DNA of 64,000 bases from Stylophora pistillata (taxonomy: Eukaryota). This document shows, piece by piece, positions 40,783 through 52,700 of this stretch. The notes under the pieces are model-generated. The model had not been told where the DNA came from, searched no databases, and saw only the letters and a program-made list of their open reading frames with translations. The first letter of the stretch is position 1. Each line of letters begins with the position of its first letter. The position numbers and the translations under genes were made by a program. Where the stretch lies: NCBI RefSeq assembly GCF_002571385.2, contig NW_019217852.1, positions 117,071 to 181,070 on the forward strand, written 5' to 3'.

Positions 40783-43700
40783 CCTTATTCATTTTAACGA
40801 ACCAATTGTATTGTTTTGAATTAACAATAAAACTTCAGAAGAACTACATCTGTAATTGTCGGTAAAGGGGTTAGCAGTTATGTTGAGAGTGGCAGGGTGC
40901 TGTAAACATCACCCGAGGTTTATTGAAACTACGTAGAACTGACTAATTACATATATTTATATTAAAGTGCCCAGTCTTGCTCCGGCAAATCTTCGCGCGC
41001 ACAACACAAGTTCAACAAGCCTTCAAGTAGCCTGGGAGCCACTTCCTGTCAGTGAAATAAACGGCATTTTGTTAGGTTACAAAGTGACGTACAAGAAACG
41101 TGGGGTAATCTTCGCCTTAGAGCAAAGCGTGAACACGACGCTGAATTTCACCATACTCATCGCATTGGACAAGTTCACTGTTTATGACGTAAATGTTTCG
41201 GCATTTACTCGTGTTGGGAATGGACCAGAAGCAAATGTAACGATATCGACAGACCAGGATGGTGAGAGAAATCAACTTATAGTCATTGAGCAAGGGAAAA
41301 AAAATAATTCTACCCAAAATTCATTTTGTCAAATGTCCATCACTTCTGTCCTAGAAAACAAATTTATTCGAGGGGGCTTATATAGAATAGAGATATCTCC
41401 AAGTTTTAAAAGTAGTGTTATACATAATTAGGCAACTCTACCCTATACAACTAAATACTTTTTTGTCACTAGTTCCCAGTCTTCCGCCAACCAATCTTGC
41501 GGCATACAACACGAGCTCGACAAGTTTGATGGTGACCTGGAATCCAGTCCCGCTGGGATTCACTCACGGGATTGTTCGGGGATACATGGTGTTGTACAAA
41601 AGAGAGAAATATGGAAATGAAAGTTACTCAAATATAACAAGCTCAGTGACCTCTGCAAACCTCACCAGTCTTGACAAATTTACAATGTACCTTATCAAAG
41701 TTTTGGCGTTTACAATAAAAGGGAGTGGTGCGGTAACAAATGACACTCGCGTGAGAACACGCGAGGATGGTAAGTACAATATTCCGTCTCTCAAATGTTA
41801 TAAGATTTCTGCTTTTAAATTGTTGTTATCTACTTGTACAAATAAATTTCAGAACACAACCTCTCTCAGTGTCTTCACTACGATAAAACACTGAAATCTG
41901 TTATTCAATCCAAATTAAGCTGTTCAGTGCTATTTTTATGGTAAATTCGCTTTATGATTTAACTCCCGGAGAGTAAAACTGCGCACGCGTAATAAGTGGA
42001 TACATATCCTCCCATAAGTGGACAGCTCTAGAATAACAAATAAGGTGTGTCTTTAATCATGATTGATTATGCCGTTAAGGCAAAATGTACACAAATCGGG
42101 ATTAAATTTAACATTGACGCCCCTCGGATCCATCTCAACAGTTTTGTTTATTTCATATGATAGTTCCCAGTCTACCACCCAAACACCTTGCAGCTCACAA
42201 TACCAGTTCAACCAGTTTAATGGTGACGTGGTCAAATGTGCCTGACGGATTCGTGCATGGTATCCTACGAGGTTATCGTGTTTTGTTCAAAACAGATCAG
42301 GGCATTTCGTACCGCAACGTGACAACAGCCAATCAAAGCTTTGAGTTGACGAGTCTTGAAAAGTTTACAAAGTACACTGTTAAGGTTTTGGCGTTTACTC
42401 GCATTGGTGATGGAAATAAATCTGACCCTGTCACCGTGTCAACTGATGAAGATGGTAAGAGTGTATTCGAGATTTTATTGGGTAATCAATCAACAACGTC
42501 AGGAAGGAAAACTTGAATCATCTAGAGAACACAGTATATGATAAAATAGCCCAGTTGGATAGCCATACCTGACTGACAATTGGTCAAAAACCAGTCGCAA
42601 ATTTCACTGGCCAACCTGTAAAAGGCTCAAAAATTTTACAGTTAATTCATAACAGCAACAGACTATACTTTCTATCAGTTTATCAGAGTATTGTGAAAAG
42701 TTGTGATACAACGAGCGCCCTGGTTGTTCTCGATACCAGAACAGTTGAAAAACCAGGAATAAGTCGCCAAATAAAATAATCTATTTCGAGCTCAAAACAT
42801 GACTAAAGCAAAATGGCCGCTACAGTAAAAAAGAGTACCAAAGCCTACGGTCCTCAACGGCAAAACCACAAAAGGGCGGGAAACGAGTGATATTTGAACA
42901 AATCATTCGTTACTGATTGGTCGAAACCTATCGTTTATTACACAGGTCAACCTATAGTTATTTTATAAAAGCAATAGACCGCACTTTCTTCTAGTTTACC
43001 GGCGTAATAACCAGCTTGGGATGCTGGGACCGCTTGGGATGCTGGGAGAACACGAGAAACGTTTTTTTTAATCACTGCTTAAACAACTTGGAAAATAAAG
43101 AATCAAACGCTTGTACTAAAAACGAATACCTACTTCTTTGAATCGCAATTCGACCTTGCTATTACTTTACTTTACTTCTACATAATTTTAACTGAGGGCC
43201 TCCTGTAAAAGAGCTTGAAGCTAAACAGAGTTCTCAAACAAATTACTTAATTTTTTTGGCAACGTACCTGACTTACCAATGTAAGTCACCCAGCTGTTGC
43301 CAGTTTTCTGAGCCATTAACAAACCAGTACAATGGAAATTGGATAATTTTAAGGACTTCATGTAAATTCGTTCTGATAAAAAAAAAGGTTTATTTTGTAG
43401 TTCCAAGTCTCCCACCCAAGAACGTGAGTTCCTACAATACAAGCTCGACCAGTGTTCATGTAAGCTGGCATGAGGTACCCGTTGGCTTTGTCCACGGTAT
43501 TCTACTCGGTTACCGCGTTCTATACAAAGAAGCGAGTGCATTGAAGAATCAAAGCATTGTTTCAACCTCAGCAAATACGAAAACAAAGGAATTGCAAGGA
43601 CTACAGAAATTCACCGTCTATGAGATTTCCGTCTTAGCATTTACAAGAATTGGGGACGGGATCAACTCCACCACGCTATTCGTTTCAACGGACGAGGACA

Positions 43701-46700
43701 GTAAGTGAAGGATGAGAACAAAACGTGAAATATATTTTTGCGAGATAAGTAAAATGTTTTTGTGGCTTTTCTCAGCGAACATTCGCGCTGGAGAAGGATT
43801 AACACTGAAACGTCGCTTTAAAAAATCTCTACGGTGGCTAATTTACATTGTCTACTTAGTTGCTAAAAACCAAATTATCTTGTAATATCCCCAACCGAAA
43901 CAGCGCCACAATTTCTATAGAAACTCGTTAAGATCTGTTTCTCGCATTAAAACAAACGCTAGTTGAAAACAATGACATGAATAAATATGTGTAGTGAAGC
44001 GTTCGTTATGTTAAAATTTCAACATATTATTGCGTGAACCATGTCTTTGATTTACAGTTGTTTGCAGAAAGGTCGTTGGAAAAAGCGCAAGTGCACGTGA
44101 CAACCTCGATAGGCGCTGTAGGTAGTTTTCAGGTCCCTCAGGAGAACAGCACTGTAAAGAAGAGACATGGCGGGTTTGATAAAGTTTTTTTTTTTTTTTT
44201 TCTCGTTGTTCCCAAGACTGACTACTAATTTTAAACTTGCTGAAAAAAGAATAAGGAGCGAACTCCGGAACCCTTATGAGCGAAGAAAACGACGTAAGCC
44301 AAGACAATATAGATCTCTTAAGTAAACTCAACGAGAGCATATTCGAAAGGGCCCAAAGAAAAAATCTTTACACTGACGTAATATGCTATTGTTTTGTTCC
44401 TCTCGTATTCACGTGCAAGTCTGTATTTATACCCTGTTCATTAGTTCATATTTATTGTTTCAGAATTGTTTCTTGGATTAAGTTTGCAAGATCGTCGCGT
44501 GCACTTTTCCGACAACCTTTCTGCAAGCAGTTGTACACGAACGCTTGAACTCGTGCATGCGCATATGGGCCTCGATGACGATCAACCCCTAACTCAAATG
44601 CAAACCTGTTATGGGACGAGTGGGTAATGAGAAACAGTAGCTTGGGCTGATAAAATGGCAGTAAAATTTAAGCTACAATCCTACTTCTTTTGATTTAGCA
44701 CAAGATTCGACTGCAAAGAAACGCAGAAAAACATAATCCTTGCCAAACAATTTGATAACCAATCGTACTCTGTCTTCTTTTAATTTAAGTACCCAGTCTA
44801 CCCCCGTCTGATGTGGCAGCGCACAACACCAGCTCCACCAGTCTTATGGTGATCTGGCGTAAGGTTCCAAAGGGATTTGTTCACGGAATTCTTCGGGGGT
44901 ACCGAGTCTTCTACAAGAAGACTGAGGATGAAGAAAGCTATCTCAACTCAACCACAGGCCCAACCGAGCAAGAACTTAGCATCACAGGCTTGAAAAAGTT
45001 CACGGAATATTCAATGAAAGTGTTGGCTTTCACAATAAAGGGTGACGGAGCAGTGTCCAATAACATTTCTGTTACGACAGATGAAGATGGTAAGATTCAA
45101 GTTCATCTTTCAAGCATTTAAACAATCTTTGAGACGTATTCTATTGGAAGCATATAACTTAAGCCTCTGCTTCAATCAAATTAGCGCAAATGTTGTAAAA
45201 AGATAAACAATAGAGTTTAGGTGTGGGTGCATTGCGTACAAAAGCCTTCTTTCTACTCGCCAAACCCAAAATTGCTCCTCATACCCTCGCGCAAGGCTAC
45301 GTTGTAGAGTTATTAAGCGTGCCCTGAATTCCACTGAACTGCTTCATTCCAACTGTGAAAACATAATGATTATTCTTCGATGCGGATAACCCATAGAAGA
45401 TATTTATGGCCTTTTCCGAACAGGGCTGTTGTGCAAGAAAAAATTCGGGAAGGAGAAAGGAAAAAACCAAGCTGTGTGAGGGAGAATCAAAATAATTGAC
45501 GGTAGTGGTTTAAATCAGGGAGATAAGAATGTTGCTTTACGTAGTCCCCTAATGCCATGGTGTTTGTGTTAGTTCCCAGCTTGCCCCCTCAAAGGGTCCA
45601 CTCGTACAACACAAGCTCTACAAGTGTGAACGTCACATGGCTTGAGGTTCCCATCGGGTTTGTCCACGGCATATTACAAGGTTACCGAGTATTCTACAGT
45701 GTAACCGAAAACCAATCTGCAATTGTGCCTTATACCATCGTGCCTGCGAGAAATCTGTTCAAGGAACTGACGGGGCTGAAAAAGTTTACAAACTACACTG
45801 TACAAGTGGCTGCTTTTACAAGGATTGGATACGGGGCAAAGTCGCTGCAATTCATAGTTTCTACCGATGAAGATGGTACGAAAAAGGTTCAGCATTCTGA
45901 GGCAAAATCGTTTACGTTGTGTCACGTTAGTGTTTTGGTATAGTAGGTGTTATTATTTGAAGTACATATCCTTCAATTCTAGAGTGTAAACTGGAAGAAT
46001 TTCCCGGTGCTTAAAAAGATCTGAAGGAAACTTTAAAGTTGTGATGTCTAAAAACGCAAAAAAAGAGCCGGTTACGCAATGAGTCAATGTATCATAATAT
46101 CAAATTATGGAACAAAACCAATGCAATGGTGTTTGAATTACACAATACTCGAGGAACATTAGATAGAGATATACAGGAAATTTTTTAAAAAATAAATATA
46201 TGACATAAAACCAAAAGAACGCTGCACAAAGCACCCACAATCGCACAAGTATAAAACTTCCTATTTGCCACTTCATACTTCCTTTCTTCTGATTAGTTAG
46301 TGATAACTTTGCTTTTCGCGTCCATTAAACAGGTGGAAATGCGCTTTGTAATACATGATTTAAATTATCTTTTTACTCAGTTCCTAGTCGTTCTCCTCAA
46401 AATCTGTGGGCTAATAATATCAGTTCAACCGCACTGAGAATAACGTGGAACCCAGTACCCACCGGATTTGTTCACGGCATTTTGCGAGGTTACCGAATAC
46501 TATATAAAGAGAAGAACAAGCCTTCAGCACCGTATACAAAGATCACTGTGTCTCCCGGTGTTAGAAAGAGAGAAATACATGATCTCAAGAAATTTACCTA
46601 TTACAGCATACAGGTCCTTGCGTTTACCATCAAAGGAGATGGTATCCAGTCTCCAACGGTAGATGTTTCAACAGACGAGGACAGTGAGTGTCTGGGAGAT

Positions 46701-49700
46701 ATTTTCATTAAAGCGTTATCGACTTACAATTTTTAAGTTTTACTAATCCTAGACGATAAAAAGCCTTTCCTTTTGCAATAAAATCGTTGTGACACAATAG
46801 GCTTTTGGTGAAGAAACGTTTTTCTGATTCTTAGTTTAGTTCACACCAGCCTTAGCAGTTCTGAGGTATGGAAGTGGAATCCTTACTACCTAGATTTCGG
46901 ATCCTCGATGACCATTCAAATTTTTTTTCTCCAACACCCGTGAAAACATCCTTTCCCTGAGAATCACTTGCTCGTGCATGTTAAAAAAATGGAAACTATC
47001 ACAATGATAGATTCGTAATACTTTAGGCCCTCTCCCATCTTACCCCTCCCATCTCAGCTATTAGAAATGGCTCTTGTTGCAACTGACTCAGTAATGATTC
47101 GCTTCAGCTCCAAGCGAGACACCGCAAAATGTTTACGCAAGGGACAAGGAAAGCGCCACAAAAATCTCCGTGTCATGGCAAAGTCCACCTGCACACACCA
47201 TACACGGTATCCTTCGTGGGTACTACATTTGGTACAGCATCATCAGCCTTGGTATTCATGATAAAACGCCAGTTTTTCCAAAAGACTACGTCAAGAAGAA
47301 ATTATCAGCCTCAATGAAAAGTGACGTGCTCATTGATTTAGAGAGCTACGCTAAGTATGACATAAGGATCGCAGCTTTTACCAGCAAAGGACATGGACCA
47401 ATTAAAGACATAACCACTAGTGAGTGACATTTCCTGTTATTTTTTATTTCAAGTAGGTTTTGCAGTAGCCCAATAATAAGGGGAATAGTTTTTAGATCGA
47501 GTGCTCCGAGTTGCTGCCTTGACCGTATCCGACTGTGTTGTTCCTTTAGCGAGCTACTTCATTCTCACATCGCCTTTTCTACGTGTGGGTATAGATGGGT
47601 TTGGCGAGCCGTAACGAAACCTAGCTAATGCTGGGGGGGGGGAGGCGAAACCTAGCTAATGCTGGGGGGAGGGGGGTAACCTGCAAGGGACTAGTTTCTA
47701 ATCCAGCAGGGCAGAAGTTATACTTCTAGTTCTACAATGCTATTCTTTAACTGAAGTAATTTCCTAGCTCGCCTATAACGTTTTATCACCTCACATGGTC
47801 CTACTTTGACGCAAGCTCACAAACGGTAATTTTCATAACATTTTCTCAAGTCGTGAGCCGTTTGAACTGAGTTATCCTCCAGCCTTGGAATGAAGAAGGC
47901 GCTCAGTCTCGCCAATAGATTTTTAAATATTTACAGATAGGGAGTACCGTGCTTTCATTAATTACTTATTAGCTTAGTGCATTTTCATGAATTGAGGGGA
48001 ATAACTATGAAGGTTTTTTTTTTTTAATTTTAACCATTCATTTAAACATCATGACTGCTCGTGTAGGTCCCCTTGCTGACTTATACCAAAGCAGCATTAA
48101 ATAAGCCGTATCTTAATTTGCACATCTTCAAAAATTTACTTTGCTGTCAGCAATCTGTTATGATTCTCGCTACCCGCTACCCATGGCAGGAACAATGAAA
48201 ATATTTGCATAAGAAAGAAAATTTTTTTCCCATGGGAAAAATAATCATTGTTCCTGCCATGCAACATGGCTGCTGTGCAAAACCTCTATTTTCGGTTTGT
48301 TGGTACTTTAAAGGAATATTTCACCATCGTCATTCCGATTTGGTACGCTTTTCAACGACATAAACAACTGTAACAGTGGTCTTTCTATCTCCCTTAAACT
48401 CGACCTCAGCAAATTGAAAGATGGTATAGCGTCCTCGAGGCTGTCATTCACTCTTTTATTTTTCTCTTGCAGGAACCTGCAGATGTCGCTCTACCATTCC
48501 TACCAACTGGTGGAACAATCCTCCATACGTAAGCTCTCGACCTAACAGCAACAGCAGCAAGGAAAGTGGTATTATACCAGCCATCTTGCAGCAAATAGTA
48601 ACTCACTGCTGCCAAAGCTGCGCTGAGTTTGGCACCTCGGCGGTTGACTTTACCACTGATGCAGACGGGTTAGAAGCCAAGAAGAATGGCGTCATAGAGG
48701 TAAAGGATGCAATAAGCACCAAGACGATGATTTCTTTTGGAGTCGCTGGAGTGATGCCACAGGAGACCTACCATAGTCCTGACGGCGATGCAGAGTATGT
48801 ACCAATTATGGAGACACCAGGTGTCGCTTTTATCGTCGCTGAAAGAAGGTGAGCCCGGCCCGTGAGAAATTCTTGAATCTGAATTCTTAGCTGACACCAG
48901 AACGTTAATGGACGATAACTCAATATATTTATTTCATAATGAACTCACTTCTATACCAGTAGCAATTAAAAAACCAAAAGGGGTTAATTTTTCCATAAAA
49001 ATTGATTTACATTAACATCATCTTTCCTAAGAATTCTTACTTTTATATTTATCAACGCCATTAATTAGGTGTCGAATAATATCTTAGATTTTGTCGCCGC
49101 TTCTGTCGTTGTTCTTTCAAAATTCGTCGCTAGGTCATTATTGCAGTCATCCATTGGTGAAGAGTAGAAAACAGGTCGTTACTCATGAAAAATAAACTTA
49201 CTTAGAGGCAAAATTTCAAATTCTTTATATTTGACATTCTTCATATTTCATTCCTCGTTTATTCCATCACCAGTGCGTGAATTTGTTTTTATTTATTTTT
49301 ATTTTATTGACATCAAGATTAGGATGCCTTTGTGTATGAGACTGAGAAAGTTGATCCTTGTAAGAAGCACACTGCGGTTTGATTGATATCGTGTCTCAGT
49401 CCCCTCATGACCAAGCATTTTCAATCAAACTGGTAGGATCTGGGTACGAAGTTAATGCTCAACATGAAAATTCCTTCCTGAGTTTTTTGTTGACAGTTAT
49501 AAAATACTCTTACTTGAACCGTCTTCAGACACAACATGATCGGTTGATAAAAAAAAAAAAACACCATGTCGAAATAAAGAAGAGTTGTCGTTTAGCTCCA
49601 GAGTGACATAAAATTGGCAGATATCAATGTTTTTGATATGTCATCGTCGTCTACCACGATATAGTCACTGTCTTAATGATTCAGACCCTACCTTAGCTTG

Positions 49701-52700
49701 AAATGCAATATAAATATTTCTGTGTGGTTCCGTGCAGAGATATTCACAAGGAAGTCCTGCTCGCGATCCTCAGCTGCTGGCCTGCTGTAGTTATCGCATG
49801 TGTTATGACATACCTGGCTGGAATCGTAGTGTGGGCCTTGGTAAGTTACGTATATGATTCTAATAAAAGTCAGACCATCTAGGGCAGGCGGTCTGGCTAA
49901 GCACCCAATGAAATTCCTGCATCGAAGACTGCGCTAGATGACAATAACATACGATGAGAGGCCCCTCTGAAAAAGGAAATGCATGGCAGATAATCTTCCG
50001 AATCTTTTTATGGGAGAGATTTCACCAAAAAACATATTAACAAAAACTTTAAGCAAAAATAAAAAAAAATAAGAATAAGGTTGCTTCAAAGTTCCTCACC
50101 GCATATAAACAAACTTTTCTAGTGGGCGGCACGCGAGATATTTAACTGTGTATGGGGAAGTCGAATTGTCTTTTTACCGCGCTCGTGTTTCTGTTTAGGA
50201 CATGAACTGGAATCATGTTGATTTTCCCAAATCTTTCGTTGCTGGATCATTGGAGGGATTCTGGTGGTCGTTTGTTACTATGACAACAGTTGGGTAAGCA
50301 TCTTTAGCTTTGTATTAACTGAATCAAAGTTTGCTTCCGATGTCAGTTTGTTACTCGCATTATTTTTTATTAAGTCCACACACAAAGCTCGTTTTCATTA
50401 ACAAGAGGAATAAGCAGGGGATGCCCAACCTCAGCGCGAGTGTTATCGAAGGGCAACATAAATATTTTCCATGAATTGTTTTCCTTAAGGTTTGGCGCCT
50501 AATAGAACCAGAATCCTTCAAAGTGAATGGAACCACAATTAATGTTTGAAAGTGGATCTCAGGGTCCGTCACTGAGGAATCAATTTGACGAAAGATCAAG
50601 TCAAAATGAAATGACCGCTAGATCAAAGGCTTCTACCTATCGCGTCCCCTGGAAAAAATGCTGCTTTGAAACAAATAGACGATTACCTCTCTATTACCCA
50701 CTATTGATTACATCATTGACAAAATTAGTCTCAGAGTAGTAAGCTCAAGTCTGGTTTTCCAATTTTTTAGGTGTTGGTTAATGTTTGTTTTGTTTACCCA
50801 ATCTAAAAACAAATGGCATATCTTCTCTGTAACCTAGCTGCCCAGCGTTTTCAGAACACCTTCAAGTTATTTCAGATAACTAATAGTCTTATCTTTTACC
50901 ACAATTGGCAGTAATGTCACAACTTGATTGCCCAATTTTCCGTTGTTGATAAGAGTACAGACCACACTGCTCGCGTCAACTTGTCGTACAGTGAAAGAAT
51001 CGTTTTATTTGACGTCGATCCTCCAGTAAAGAAAAAAACAACAAATCGACGGTGGTTTAGCGCGGTCTTTACTCTTATCGAAAACGGGCGTAGCCGAGAC
51101 AGTCCGCAACAAATTTGTCTTTTTAATTGTAAACGAAACTTTTGTGTGCTATGAGACTGAAAGAAGATGAATCAAAAATTTTGTTGTGGTGGTGGTGGTG
51201 TTTTTCTTCAAGGTACGGTGAACGAATTCCCAAGTCCATCCTCGCGCGGTCTTTTGCCTTTTTGTGGACTTGGATTGGCATCGCCACAATGGCGGTTGTT
51301 ACTAGCAGCATTACAGCTTCTCTAATGAGTATGGTGTTCCAGTCAGAGAAGATGCTATACGGAACAAAGGTAAGAGGACTGGACAAGCTGATCGTAATGT
51401 CTTTAAATTCTAAACTATTTCATGAATTTCAAAATGTTTTCAACTTTGCAGGAGCATGTTATAAATAGAAATCTCAGTACTGTGAAAAATGAAAAATTTA
51501 CCTAGAGACAAATGCGAACTTTGTCTTTCAACTACAAGGAACGTTATGACTTATGTTATAAAATACTTGGAGTTTCATCATTTGCGTGTTTTCCTAAGCT
51601 TGAACGTGAGGCGTTCCCGTTGACACCTGGCAGAGGCAAAGTGTTACACTGTTGTTAAGGCTTTGATTGCCATCTTATTTACCAGCCTCTGAGGCGCAGA
51701 ACAGCGCGCTATACCGAGGCACATGAGTAGCTTTCACCAGGGGACAACATAGTGTTTCCCACATTGTCAGAGTCAATAACACTCACAAATTGGTTTGGTC
51801 AGCCATCTTTAAAGCCACATCAGCCAGATCTACATAAAACAGAGAGATACGAGATCCGTTACCTGATTCACTCCAGTTCTCTGTTCTGAGTTTTAATCCA
51901 ACTCATCGTGTTGTATTCTTATGCAGAGAACGTTTTTTTTTTACATAGTGCGTTTTCCAACAAAAAATTAATAGCGAGTATCAAGCTACGCGAGGGAGGG
52001 GAGAAGGGAATGACCATTAATTGGACAAGTTTCCATTTCAGAAAGAATAGCAACGCTCCCAATTCCTGCAGGAAACCAACAGCGAGATGAACTCGACGGC
52101 TAATAAGCCACTTGGCTAGTAAGACCAGATCTTTCAGCGAGAGAACAGAGAGTAAACTGACAGAATTCATTCTTTCTGACGTAATGACCAAATTTTCTCG
52201 CTTAATGGTTACCGTATTCCTATATTTATGGAGTTGCGCGTTCATGTGCTCCGCGCTGGAACTTCACTCTAAAGAAAGGACTAAGTAAAATGCAGCTGCT
52301 GTAGATGATTTTCAACCACCCGGATAAACCTAATCTGTAACGTCATGTTCTTTTATCTGTTCAGTTGGCGGCCATTGCTAACTCCAGTGAATACCAGTTA
52401 GGACTCAGACGAAATGCCATACTAAACACAGGTAAGTCTAGCTACATCGTAATTAACATAGTTACACGTGGAATACCTCCTGCAGGAGCGATTTCAGTAT
52501 TGTTAATTGAGTTACTGAAAAAAAAAAAAGCTAGTAACATTTTAGCCAAATCCTACCGTTTTTATTTTTGGGCTCAACAAATAGTTCCCACGAATTTGAT
52601 TGCGCGATATCCACGACCTCGCATAACAAATAGCCATAAACTTGACCTCAAGAATGATAATCTTGGAGTACATCACCAAATTATCAGTAAGCTTCAAAAA

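Noticed and set aside
40968-47419. Calling the FN3 array a receptor tyrosine phosphatase, DSCAM or sidekick gene
   Set aside because: No Ig domains, single-pass TM or PTP domain (HCSAG) were found; the array splices in frame into the channel module.
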